Made by a program: the position numbers and the translations under genes. This document shows positions 28,647 to 37,678 of a DNA stretch of 64,000 bases, one piece after another. Numbering within the stretch: the first letter of the stretch is position 1; the number at the start of each line of letters is the position of its first letter. Under the pieces are notes generated by a model, which did not search any database, was not told the DNA's origin, and saw only the letters and a program-made list of their open reading frames with translations. Source of the DNA: a plasmid; the sequence record NZ_CP025192.1, one strand, 5' to 3'.

Positions 28647-29924
28647 GTGAGCACTGCCTTGCGCGAGCGGCTGGAGGCACTCGGCGACGCCTTCTGGCTG
28701 CGTCCGGCGATCCTTGTCCTGCTCGGCCTTATCCTGGGCGAGGGGGCGGTCTGGACCGAGCAGTGGGACTGGACCCGATCCCTTCTTCCCGCAGGCTGGC
28801 TTTACGCTGGCGGCGAGGCGGGCGCCCGGGCCCTCCTGGGCGCCATCGCCACCTCCACCATCGGCGTCGCAGGCACCACCTTTTCCATCACCGTGGCCGC
28901 GCTCTCCCTCGCCTCCGGTCAGATGGGGCCGCGGCTCCTGCGGAACTTCGTCCGCGACGCGGGGAACCAGGTTGCCCTGGGCGTGTTCCTCGGCACCTTC
29001 GTCTACGCCTTGGTCGTGCTGCGGACCGTGCGCTCTGTGGAGGAAGGGGCCTTCGTGCCTCATCTCGGGGTCACCGGCGCCCTTGTCCTTGCCCTGCTCT
29101 GCGTCGGCACGCTCACCTGGTTCGTCCATCACATCGCCTCCGGCATCAACGTCGAGACCGTGATCGGCACGGTCCACGCGGAACTGCGGGATGCAGTTGC
29201 CCGGCTGACCCTCGACCAGCCGGATCCGGGGCCGATCGGCCCTGCCCCGGAGGGGCGAGCCATCACAGCAAAGGAAGGTGGATACCTCCGGGCTCTCGAC
29301 GAGGAAGGGCTCGCGGGCTGGGCGGCAGAGCATAATGCGACCCTGAACCTGCTCGTGCGACCGGGCGATTACGTCTTCACAGGCGTAGCCGTGGCCACGG
29401 TGTCGCCACCGGCCCTGGCCAAGGAGGCGGTGGGGAGGGTGCGCGAAGCCATGAGCCTCGGCGACCGGCGGGCGGCGGCGCAGGACCTGGAGTTCGCCGT
29501 GCGCCAGCTCGCCGAGGTCGCGGTCCGCGCCCTCTCGCCTGGCATCAACGACCCGTTCACAGCCATGGCGGTGCTGGACCGATTTGGCGACGTGCTCTGC
29601 GGCATGACCGACAGGCACCTGCCGGGCGCGGCCGTGCTCCGCGACGGGCGCGCCGTTCTGTTCCGGCGCGCGGTGGACTACGACGGGCTGCTCGACGCCA
29701 TGTTCCACATGATCCGGCAGAACGGCGCTGGCTCGGCCGCCGTGCTCCTCCGCCTCATGGAGGTCCTCGGCGCCGTGCTGGCGGTGGAGCAAGCGCTGGA
29801 GCGCGGCGCCGCGTTGCGCCGTCACGCAGACCTTGTTTTCGCCGCGGGGCGGCAGAACCTGGGCGAGCAGGCTGCGGTGGAGGACCTCGAGGCGCGCTTC
29901 GCCGCCCTGCCGCGGAGCTCCTGA
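28647..29924 (+). CDS. DUF2254 family membrane protein.
   Basis: GTG start. N-terminal TM helices followed by a soluble domain with the DUF2254-like architecture. Confidence 0.65.
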   Translation: MSTALRERLEALGDAFWLRPAILVLLGLILGEGAVWTEQWDWTRSLLPAGWLYAGGEAGARALLGAIATSTIGVAGTTFSITVAALSLASGQMGPRLLRNFVRDAGNQVALGVFLGTFVYALVVLRTVRSVEEGAFVPHLGVTGALVLALLCVGTLTWFVHHIASGINVETVIGTVHAELRDAVARLTLDQPDPGPIGPAPEGRAITAKEGGYLRALDEEGLAGWAAEHNATLNLLVRPGDYVFTGVAVATVSPPALAKEAVGRVREAMSLGDRRAAAQDLEFAVRQLAEVAVRALSPGINDPFTAMAVLDRFGDVLCGMTDRHLPGAAVLRDGRAVLFRRAVDYDGLLDAMFHMIRQNGAGSAAVLLRLMEVLGAVLAVEQALERGAALRRHADLVFAAGRQNLGEQAAVEDLEARFAALPRSS

Positions 29925-29959
29925 TTGACCCAGGGGCGGTAAGGCGACGACCATCCGGC

Positions 29960-30079
29960 TCACCCAGGATCTTCGCCCTTGCGACCGAGCAGGGTGTTTC
30001 GCGCGACCAAGCCAAGCGTGGAGCCTTGCACGATGATCGAGAACAGCACCACCGCGTAAGTCGCGGTGAGGATCGTCGC
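29960..30079 (-). pseudogene. 3' fragment of a gene truncated by the IS21-family insertion.
   Basis: The minus-strand ORF runs from inside the IS left end across the IS terminus at 30080. Only the C-terminal approximately 39 codons lie outside the IS. Confidence 0.3.
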
Positions 30080-30190
30080 TGTTGATTTGCACTGAGAGCT
30101 GACCCGGGAAGGGTCAGAGTTTCCGCCGAGAAATGACCCGTGTCTGTTCACCATCCCGACCGGCTGGTCGGGATTATCGGAGTGATCGAC

Positions 30191-31714
30191 ATGGAGTTGT
30201 TGAGCGTGATCCGCCGGTGGCACTACCGGGATCGCCTCCCGATCCGCGAGATCGAGCGGCGGACGGGTCTGTCACGGAACACGATCCGCAAGTACCTGCG
30301 GTCGGACGCCGTGGAGGTGCGGTTCAAGGTTCCCGAGCGTCCGAGCCGCCTGGACCCGTTTGCCGACAAACTCTCGGAATGGCTGAGGGTGGAGGCGGGC
30401 AAGGGTCGCAAGGGGCGCCGGACGGTGCGGCGGATCCACGCGGACCTGGTGGCCCTGGGTTATGGCGGATCCTACGGCCGGGTCGCAGCCTTCGTCCGGC
30501 GCTGGCAGGCGAGACGGGAGGTGGCGCAGCGGACCACCGGGCGCGGGGTGTTCGTACCGCTCGCCTTTCAGCCCGGCGAGGCCTTCCAGTTCGACTGGAG
30601 CGAGGACTGGGCGACGGTGGGCGGCAAGCGGCTCAAGCTGCAGGCCGCCCATACCAAGCTGTCGCACAGCCGGGCCTTCGTGATCCGGGCCTACAAACTG
30701 CAAACCCACGAGATGCTGTTCGACGCTCTGGCCGAGGCATTCCGGGTGCTCGGCGGGGTGCCGCGTCGCGGCATCTTCGACAACATGCGCACGGCCGTGG
30801 ATCGCGTCGGCACGGGCAAGGTCCGGCAGGTCAACGCGCGGTTCCAGGCCATGGCCAGCCACTACCTGTTCGAGCCGACGTTCTGCAGTCCGGCCTCAGG
30901 GTGGGAGAAAGGTCAGGTCGAGAAAAACGTGCAGGACGCCCGGCGGCAGATCTGGCAGGTCATGCCGCCCTTCGCAGACCTGCCCGCCCTCAACGCGTGG
31001 CTGGAGGCCCGCTGCATCGAGCGCTGGGGCGAACTGTCCCACGGGGTGCTGCCGGGCAGCGTCGCCGAGGTCCACGCGCGGGAGAGGGCGAGCCTGATGC
31101 CGATGGGGCGGGCGTTCGACGGCTTCGTCGAGCACGCCAAGCGGGTGTCGCCGACCTGCCTCGTGCACTTCGAGAGCAACCGCTACAGCGTCCCCGCCTC
31201 GTTCGCCAACCGACCGGTGAGCCTGCGGGTCTATCCCGACCGCCTCGTCGTGGTGGCCGAGGGCCAGGTCGTGTGCGAGCACGCCCGGATCGTCGAGCGC
31301 TCGCACGACGTTCCCAGCCGCACCGTCTACGACTGGCGGCACTACCTGGCGGTGATCCAGCGCAAGCCGGGGGCGCTGCGCAACGGCGCACCCTTCGCCG
31401 AGCTGCCGGAGGCGTTCCGCAAGCTCCAGGCCCAGCTCCTCCGGCGGCCAGGAGGCGAGCGGGAGATGGTGGACATCCTCGCCCTGGTGCTGCAGCACGA
31501 CGAGGGGGCCGTGCTCTGCGCTGTGGAACTGGCCCTCGAGGATGGCGTCGCCACCAAGACCCACATCCTCAACATCCTGCACCGCCTGACCGACGGCACG
31601 AGCACGGCCGCGGCGATCGATGCACCCCAGGCCCTCGCCCTGAACCAGGAGCCGAGAGCCGACACCGGCCGCTACGACGCGCTGCGGACCCGCGAGGTGC
31701 GCCATGCGTCATGA
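30191..31714 (+). CDS. istA: IS21-family transposase IstA.
   Basis: N-terminal HTH ([33 protein letters not shown]) and DDE integrase core. Confidence 0.9.
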   Translation: MELLSVIRRWHYRDRLPIREIERRTGLSRNTIRKYLRSDAVEVRFKVPERPSRLDPFADKLSEWLRVEAGKGRKGRRTVRRIHADLVALGYGGSYGRVAAFVRRWQARREVAQRTTGRGVFVPLAFQPGEAFQFDWSEDWATVGGKRLKLQAAHTKLSHSRAFVIRAYKLQTHEMLFDALAEAFRVLGGVPRRGIFDNMRTAVDRVGTGKVRQVNARFQAMASHYLFEPTFCSPASGWEKGQVEKNVQDARRQIWQVMPPFADLPALNAWLEARCIERWGELSHGVLPGSVAEVHARERASLMPMGRAFDGFVEHAKRVSPTCLVHFESNRYSVPASFANRPVSLRVYPDRLVVVAEGQVVCEHARIVERSHDVPSRTVYDWRHYLAVIQRKPGALRNGAPFAELPEAFRKLQAQLLRRPGGEREMVDILALVLQHDEGAVLCAVELALEDGVATKTHILNILHRLTDGTSTAAAIDAPQALALNQEPRADTGRYDALRTREVRHAS

Positions 31715-32483
31715 TCCCGCCAGTGCCGCCCTCGTGGTCATGCTGCGTGGGCTCAAGATGTTCGGTATGGCCCAGGCAGTCACCGAGCTGGTGGAGCAGG
31801 GCGCGCCGGCGTTCGAGGCGGCGGTTCCCATCCTCTCGCAGTTGCTCAAGGCCGAGATGGCCGAGCGCGAGGTGCGCTCGATCGCCTACCACACCAAGTC
31901 GGCCAGGTTTCCAGCCTACAAGGATCTGGCGGGCTTCGATTTCGCGGCGAGCGAGGTCAACGAGGCCACGGTGCGGCAGCTGCACCAGGGCGAGTTCACC
32001 GAGCAGGCGGACAACGTCGTACTGATCGGCGGGCCCGGCACCGGCAAGACCCACCTCGCCACGGCACTGGGTGTCCAGGCCATCGAGCACGGCCGCAAAA
32101 AGGTCCGGTTCTATTCCACGGTCGACCTGGTCAATGCACTGGAACAGGAAAAGACCGCGAACAAGGCCGGGCAACTCGCCGACCGCCTGCTCCGCCTCGA
32201 CCTCGTCATCCTCGACGAGCTCGGCTACCTGCCGTTCAGCGCCTCGGGCGGTGCGCTGCTGTTCCACCTGCTCAGCAAGCTCTACGAGCGCACCAGCGTC
32301 GTGATCACCACCAACCTGAGTTTCAGCGAGTGGGGTGGCGTGTTCGGCGACGCCAAGATGACGACGGCCTTGCTCGACCGGCTCACACACCACTGCCACA
32401 TCCTGGAAACCGGCAACGACAGTTTCCGGTTCAGGAGCAGTTCGGCCGAACCCAGGAACAGGAGAGCTAAAACACCCGCTTGA
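31704..32483 (+). CDS. istB: IS21-family helper ATPase IstB.
   Basis: Walker [19 protein letters not shown] and Walker [10 protein letters not shown]. Confidence 0.9.
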   Translation: MRHDPASAALVVMLRGLKMFGMAQAVTELVEQGAPAFEAAVPILSQLLKAEMAEREVRSIAYHTKSARFPAYKDLAGFDFAASEVNEATVRQLHQGEFTEQADNVVLIGGPGTGKTHLATALGVQAIEHGRKKVRFYSTVDLVNALEQEKTANKAGQLADRLLRLDLVILDELGYLPFSASGGALLFHLLSKLYERTSVVITTNLSFSEWGGVFGDAKMTTALLDRLTHHCHILETGNDSFRFRSSSAEPRNRRAKTPA

Positions 32484-32671
32484 CCCACGACCAGAGCCCG
32501 CGGGACATATCCCTGCACGGGTCAGTTCTCGATGAAAACCCCGGGTCAGTTCTCAGCGAAACTCAACAGGGTAAACGCCGAAGCGGCCGAAGGGTGCCGT
32601 CGCCGAGGGCTCCGCGGCGGCGGCCATCCCCAGCGGCGCGGCGAGGGTCGTGCGGAGCACCAGGGCGGGCC

Positions 32672-33436
32672 TCAGAAGAACAGCCGGACGCCGGTCAGGA
32701 AGGCCCAGCCGCCCACGTCCTCACCCTCGTTGCGGGCGTAGCGCGCGGTGTCGCCGAGCTTCCGCTCGTAGCTGACGCCAATGTAGGGCGACACCTCGCG
32801 GGTGACCTCGTAGCGCAGCCGCAGCCCGACCTCGACGTCGTTTAAGCCGCTGCCGATGTCGCGTTCGGGCACCTTCTGGAGCGCGAAGTTGGCCTCGACG
32901 TTGGGCTGGAGCACCAGCCGCTGCGTGATGTAGGCGTCGTAGGAGATCTCGGCGCGCGCCGAGAGGTCGCCCTTCTCGCTGACGAAGCCCTGGAGGTCGA
33001 CCTCGAACATGCCGGGCGCCAGCCCCTGCAGGCCGATGACGCCGTAGAAGCGGTCGGGGCGCGGGCGGATGTCGTAGCGGACACCGGCCTGGAAGTCCCA
33101 GTAGTAGCCGATCAGGCGCGAGTAGAGCAGTTGGACTTCGGCGTCCTCCACCCGGCCATTCCGCGCCGTCTCGCCTTCGGTCTTCAGCCAGACGCGGTTG
33201 ACGTCGCCGCCATACCAGGCCTGCCCGTCCCAACGGCCGATGTTCGGGCCGTCCAGTCCCCAGCCGTATTCGAGCTTCTCGAACAGTACCGCGCCGGTGA
33301 ACACTTCATGGCTGAACGGAGGCTCCGTGCTGTGCTGCATCGCCTGCGCATGCGCCGGTGCGACCTGGAGGATGCCCAAGGTCAGGGCGGCCAGGGAAGC
33401 GGCAGCAGTCAGGACGCTCTTGATCTTCATGACCAT
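32672..33436 (-). CDS. copB: Copper resistance outer-membrane protein CopB.
   Basis: Signal peptide MVMKIKSVLTAAASLAALTLG. The start ATG overlaps the copA stop by one nt (TGATG). C-terminal ...TGVRLFF ending resembles an outer-membrane beta-barrel signal. Confidence 0.8.
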   Translation of the reverse strand: MVMKIKSVLTAAASLAALTLGILQVAPAHAQAMQHSTEPPFSHEVFTGAVLFEKLEYGWGLDGPNIGRWDGQAWYGGDVNRVWLKTEGETARNGRVEDAEVQLLYSRLIGYYWDFQAGVRYDIRPRPDRFYGVIGLQGLAPGMFEVDLQGFVSEKGDLSARAEISYDAYITQRLVLQPNVEANFALQKVPERDIGSGLNDVEVGLRLRYEVTREVSPYIGVSYERKLGDTARYARNEGEDVGGWAFLTGVRLFF

Positions 33437-35367
33437 CACCGTGCCGAGGCCGTCTGGCGCGCCGGAACCACGGACACCTTGCGCATCATCCCGGTCTCCA
33501 TGTGGTAGAGCATGTGGCAGTGGAAGGCCCAGCCGCCGGGTGCGTCGGCCTCGATGTCCACGTCGACCGTCGAGCCGGGCTTGATGTTGACCGTGTGCAG
33601 CAAGGGGTTCTCGGCCCCGTTGCCGACCTGCGGCATCATCCACATGCCGTGCAGGTGCATCGGGTGGTTCATCATGGTCTCGTTGACGAAGCGGAAGCGC
33701 GCCCGCTCGCCGAGATGGAGTTGGATGGGCTGGGCCCGGCTGAAGTTGTTGCCGTTGATGGACCAGAAGTACCGCTCCATGTTGCCGGTCAGCCGGATCT
33801 CGATGACGCGGGTCGGCTCGCGCACGGGGTAGAGCGGCTTGGCGGCCCGCAGGTCGCGGTAGGACAGCACGCGGGCGCCCGGCGGGGCGCCGACGTCGTT
33901 CACCAGCGGGTCCGGCATCGCCATGCCGCCATGGTCCATTCCGGCCATTGCACCGGCGCCCGCCGCGCCATTGTTCATGTTGGGCATGCTGCCGTGGTCC
34001 ATGCCAGCCATGGAGCCCTGCTGCATGCCCTGCGGGCCTCCGGCGGGCATCTGCATTGCCGAGTGATCCATGCCAGCCATGCTTCCATGGTTCATGCCGC
34101 CCACGGACCCTTGCTGGGTGCCCATGGAGCCTCCAGCGGGCATCTGCATGGCGGAGTGGTCCATGCCGCCCATGTCCATCGGCGCGACATGGCCGGGCGC
34201 GTCCACCTCCGGCATCGGGGTTCCGCGGTCCAGCCCCTTGGGCCCGTAGTTCATGCCCATGTCGGCCATGGTCAGGACCGGGCGCGGGCGGTGCTGCGGC
34301 AGGGGCAGGGCGGGCAGGCCCTCCCGGGTGGCCAGGCTGAACTGCGCGAAACCCTGGCGCCCCATGGATTCCGCCAGCACCTGGTACTGGCGGCCGTCGC
34401 CCGGGCGGACCAGCACGTCGAAGGTCTCGGCCGGGGCGATGCGGAATTCATCGATAGTGACGGGGCGGACGTTGTTGCCGTGCGCCTGGACCACGGTCAT
34501 ATCGAGTCCGGGAATGCGCACGTCGAAATGCGTCATGGCGCCGCTGTTGATGAAGCGTAGGCGCACCGTCTCGCCCGGCCGGAACACGCCGGTGAAGTTC
34601 TGCGCCGGGGTGTGGCCGTTGACCAGGTAGGTATAGCCGCCGACATCCTCGATGTCGGTCGGGTCCATCCGCATGTCGCCCCACATGACGCGGTCGGAGA
34701 CGATGGCCGAGCGCGCGGCGGCGTCCGGCGCGCGGCGGAGCTCGCCGACCAGGCTGGCCAGGGTACGCTTGTTGTAGTTGTAGTAGCCGGGGTCGCGCTT
34801 GAGGTTGGCGATGACGTGGCTCGGCGTCTCGTCCGTCCAGTCCGACAACTGGACGATGTAGTCGCGGTCGTAGCCGAAAGGCTCCGGCGTCGCGGGGTCG
34901 ATGACGATGGAGCCGTAGATGCCGGACTGCTCCTGCACGCCCGAATGGCTGTGGTACCAATAGGTGCCAGCCTGCACGAGCGGGAAGCGGTACTGGTGCG
35001 TCCCGCCCGCGTCGATGCCCTGGAAGCCGTCGCTGATGCCCGGCACGCCATCCTGGCTGCTCGGCAGGATCAGGCCGTGCCAGTGGATCGAGGTGTGCTC
35101 GCGGAGTTGGTTGGTCACGTTGACCACCACTTCCTCGCCCTCGCGGAAGCGCAGGACAGGGCCGGGGATCTGCCCGTTGATGGCCATGGCCGGACGGCGG
35201 CGCCCGGTGATGTTGGCCGTCACGTGGGACAGGGTCAGGTTGAACTCGCGCGGCATCGCCCGCCCGACGGCGGGCTGCGCCAGGGCGTCGGGCGCGGCGG
35301 CGGGAAAGGCCAGGGCGGCGACCCCGAGCCCGAGGGCCTGCCGCCTGCTGAGCTTTTCATTGGTCAT
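33436..35367 (-). CDS. copA: Multicopper oxidase CopA.
   Basis: Tat signal (RRQALGLGVAALA), cupredoxin motifs (HWHG, HCH..H) and a Met/His-rich insert (MDMGGMDHSAMQMPAGG repeats). Confidence 0.95.
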   Translation of the reverse strand: MTNEKLSRRQALGLGVAALAFPAAAPDALAQPAVGRAMPREFNLTLSHVTANITGRRRPAMAINGQIPGPVLRFREGEEVVVNVTNQLREHTSIHWHGLILPSSQDGVPGISDGFQGIDAGGTHQYRFPLVQAGTYWYHSHSGVQEQSGIYGSIVIDPATPEPFGYDRDYIVQLSDWTDETPSHVIANLKRDPGYYNYNKRTLASLVGELRRAPDAAARSAIVSDRVMWGDMRMDPTDIEDVGGYTYLVNGHTPAQNFTGVFRPGETVRLRFINSGAMTHFDVRIPGLDMTVVQAHGNNVRPVTIDEFRIAPAETFDVLVRPGDGRQYQVLAESMGRQGFAQFSLATREGLPALPLPQHRPRPVLTMADMGMNYGPKGLDRGTPMPEVDAPGHVAPMDMGGMDHSAMQMPAGGSMGTQQGSVGGMNHGSMAGMDHSAMQMPAGGPQGMQQGSMAGMDHGSMPNMNNGAAGAGAMAGMDHGGMAMPDPLVNDVGAPPGARVLSYRDLRAAKPLYPVREPTRVIEIRLTGNMERYFWSINGNNFSRAQPIQLHLGERARFRFVNETMMNHPMHLHGMWMMPQVGNGAENPLLHTVNIKPGSTVDVDIEADAPGGWAFHCHMLYHMETGMMRKVSVVPARQTASAR

Positions 35368-35370
35368 CGT

Positions 35371-35523
35371 TCAATCCTTGGCCGCGACCGGCGCGGCATG
35401 GTCCTGCTCCTGAGCGCGTCCGCGGTCACCAAAGGCTTGGTGGGCCGAGGCCGCGGGCCGGGTCTGCGCCGCGACGGCGACAACGGCCATGGCGGCCGCC
35501 GCGATGGAGGTGACAAGGCGCAT
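35371..35523 (-). CDS. Small periplasmic protein, first gene of the cop operon.
   Basis: MRLVTSIAAAAMAVVAVAAQT signal-like N-terminus, about 50 aa, 4 bp upstream of copA. Weak GGGGAAG SD. Confidence 0.25.
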   Translation of the reverse strand: MRLVTSIAAAAMAVVAVAAQTRPAASAHQAFGDRGRAQEQDHAAPVAAKD

Positions 35524-35700
35524 CCGTGAGCTTCCCCGGTGGACACAGCGTGGGCGGGTCAACGGCTCGCCCGCCGAAGTCGATGGGGCCAGGATGTCCA
35601 CCAACTACGAGCCGGAGATTGCCCAAGTGTGACAAGATATTTCAGCCATCCGCCATCCGCTGTGCGCCGAGAGGCTGGCGGCACCCTAGCCGATTGACCA

Positions 35701-35719
35701 TATCCCTACCAGGGGGATA
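35701..35719. promoter_or_regulatory. CsoR/RcnR-family operator (TATCCCTACCAGGGGGATA) between the divergent cop operon and the fused MFS/spermidine-synthase gene. It lies directly after a TTGACC -35-like hexamer.
   Basis: The GC-tract pseudo-palindrome TATCCC-N7-GGGATA is read directly. A near-identical copy is at 37361-37379. It closely resembles the B. subtilis CsoR site TACCCTACGGGGGTA. Confidence 0.55.
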
Positions 35720-35805
35720 GGACAAATGCATGCATCTCGCTCCTCCCCTCCGTTTCCCGCAGCGTTTCGTGCCTGGCCATCACCGGCGGAGCGGGGAGTT
35801 CCTGG

Positions 35806-37317
35806 ATGCCGCGTCAGGAACGCGTCCGCCGCCTTGCCAAGCAGGTCTGGCCCATGCGTGACGGCAGAGACCGCTCCGCCGTCGGCTTCGCCGCCTTCGC
35901 CTCGGGCTGGAGCGTGATGTCGCTGGAGATGCTGGACGGACGCCTGATGGCGCCGGTCTTCGGCCAGACGATTCACCAGTGGGGCGCCATCATCGGCACC
36001 GCGCTGGCCTTCATGTCACTCGGCTACTGGGCCGGAGGACGCTTGGGCGGGCGGGCGAACGCCGCCAGGCTGCTGCCGCTGCTGCTGGCAATCGCCGCCT
36101 GCGCGGCGGCCCTGACGCCTTGGATCGGTCGCCCGCTGGCCAGTGCCCTCGAAAACCTGCTCGGCCCTTTGGCGGGAGCCGTCGCTACCTCGGCGGTGCT
36201 GATCGGCCCGCCCGCCTTCACCCTGGCCGCCGTCTCGCCACTCTGCGTGGCGCGGCTGGCGGCCTCCGGCTCTCCCGCCAAGGCCTCGGGCAGCATTTCA
36301 GCGCTGGCCGCGCTGGGGAGCATTGGCGGTACCTTCTTCGCCGCGTTCTATGCCATCCCCTATATGGGTCTGACGGCAGGCTACGCCTCCGCCTCCTTGC
36401 TGTCCGCCGCCGCCGCTTTGGCTACCGGCCTGGCCCCATTGCGCGCGGCACTGGTGATGGCACCGCTCGCTCTCGGCATCTGGGCCGAGCGGGCCCAGGC
36501 CAGTCGCTTCACCGAGTATTTCGAGACGATCTACAACACAGTGATGGTCTGGGACGCCCCGGAGGCGACCTACCTGCTGTTGAACTCGCCGCTCGCCGTG
36601 CAGTCGGCCCGGCGCAAAGACGGCCGCTTGACCGGCTCGTACTGGGAAATGATGGCGGCGGTGCCGTCCCTGACCCAGGGTCGGGACTCGCTGTTCCTGG
36701 GCGTAGCCGGAGGCTCGGCGGTGGATGCCATGACGAAGGCATGGGCGGACGTGCGGAGCACCGGCGTGGAGATCGACCCCGGCGTCACCGACGTCGCCCG
36801 GCGCCACTTCGGCCTGACCATTCCAGTGACGCATGACGACGCGCGCCGCTTCGTCGAAACGAGCCAGACGCAGTTCGACATCATCGTGGTCGACCTCTAC
36901 GCCACCGGCCAGATCCCCTCCCACGTCGCCACGGTGGAGTTCTTCCAGGCAGTGTCGCGGCGGCTCCGCTCCGGCGGCGTGGTGGCAGTGAACGTCTTCG
37001 GGGCCGGAGACCCTCGCAGCATCGTGGCACCCATGGCGGCGACGATGATGGCGGCTTTCCCAAGCGTGCTGGCGACCCAGACGGGCAGCGGCAACACTAT
37101 CCTGCTGGCTTGGCAAGAGCCTGTCGCGGTCGAGCAGGCGAGGGAGATGCTGGACGCCACGCCAGCCAGCGCGGCCTCGGCATCAACGAGAATGCAGGCC
37201 ACGCTGCGGGAAGCCAGCCTGGTGGCCAATGGCGCGGTCCCGCTGACCGACGAGTTGTCGGACATGGACACTCGGGCTGCCCGCGCCGTGGCCGCCCAAC
37301 GCCGTGCGCCGCGCTGA
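35806..37317 (+). CDS. Fused MFS-like membrane domain / spermidine-synthase-like (aminopropyltransferase fold) protein.
   Basis: Approximately 250 aa of Ala/Leu-rich TM segments. The C-terminal PABS-like region has GVAGGSAVDAM (AdoMet-binding-like) and IIVVDLYATGQIPSHVATVEFF. Confidence 0.65.
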   Translation: MPRQERVRRLAKQVWPMRDGRDRSAVGFAAFASGWSVMSLEMLDGRLMAPVFGQTIHQWGAIIGTALAFMSLGYWAGGRLGGRANAARLLPLLLAIAACAAALTPWIGRPLASALENLLGPLAGAVATSAVLIGPPAFTLAAVSPLCVARLAASGSPAKASGSISALAALGSIGGTFFAAFYAIPYMGLTAGYASASLLSAAAALATGLAPLRAALVMAPLALGIWAERAQASRFTEYFETIYNTVMVWDAPEATYLLLNSPLAVQSARRKDGRLTGSYWEMMAAVPSLTQGRDSLFLGVAGGSAVDAMTKAWADVRSTGVEIDPGVTDVARRHFGLTIPVTHDDARRFVETSQTQFDIIVVDLYATGQIPSHVATVEFFQAVSRRLRSGGVVAVNVFGAGDPRSIVAPMAATMMAAFPSVLATQTGSGNTILLAWQEPVAVEQAREMLDATPASAASASTRMQATLREASLVANGAVPLTDELSDMDTRAARAVAAQRRAPR

Positions 37318-37360
37318 CAAGACGGAATGGCCGCCGTTCCTAGGCCGACCGGCTTGACGG

Positions 37361-37379
37361 TATCCCTACCGGGGGGATA
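37361..37379. promoter_or_regulatory. Second CsoR/RcnR-family operator (TATCCCTACCGGGGGGATA), directly after TTGACGG and about 10 bp upstream of csoR/rcnR.
   Basis: Differs from the copy at 35701 by one base (A/G in the centre). Same -35 juxtaposition. Confidence 0.55.
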
Positions 37380-37389
37380 GCTCAGGAGA

Positions 37390-37668
37390 ATGACAGCCCC
37401 CCATGTCCATGCATCGCATCCGGAGATCGTGAAGCGCCTGAAGCGCGCCGACGGCCATCTCCGCAGCGTGGTCGAGATGATCGAGCAGGGCCGCCCCTGC
37501 CTCGACATCGTGCAGCAACTCCATGCGGTCGAGGCGGCCATCGCCAACGCCAAGCGGACCCTGATCCACGACCACCTCGACCACTGCCTCGACGATGTCG
37601 TGGGCGCGGTGCCGCGCGCCGACCGCGGCCCGATCGACGAGTTCAAGGCCATCACGAAGTATCTCTGA
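37390..37668 (+). CDS. CsoR/RcnR/FrmR-family metal-sensing transcriptional repressor.
   Basis: 92 aa. DUF156 signature (HxxxxxKRLKRxxGHLRSVxxMIEQGRPCLDIVQQLHAVEAAI). Candidate metal ligands are C37, H62 and C66, plus N-terminal His5, His7 and His10. Confidence 0.85.
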   Translation: MTAPHVHASHPEIVKRLKRADGHLRSVVEMIEQGRPCLDIVQQLHAVEAAIANAKRTLIHDHLDHCLDDVVGAVPRADRGPIDEFKAITKYL

Positions 37669-37678
37669 AGGCGCCTCG

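Larger units (their letters stand above)
30080..32568 (+). mobile_element. IS21-family insertion sequence, intact, 2489 bp.
   Basis: Terminal inverted repeats TGTTGATTTGCACTGAGAGCTGACCCGG at 30080 and the reverse complement of ...CCGGGTCAGTTCTCAGCGAAACTCAACA at 32568. Internal subterminal repeats GGGTCAG(T/A)(T/G)T(C/T)TC at both ends. Carries istA and istB. Confidence 0.85.

Noticed and set aside
35691-35725. Interpreting the TTGAC-dyad arrangement as MerR-family (CueR-type) promoters.
   Set aside because: No MerR-family gene is present nearby. The dyad matches CsoR-type GC-tract operators, and a CsoR/RcnR-family repressor gene lies directly behind the second copy. The overlap with the -35 element fits repression by a CsoR-type protein.
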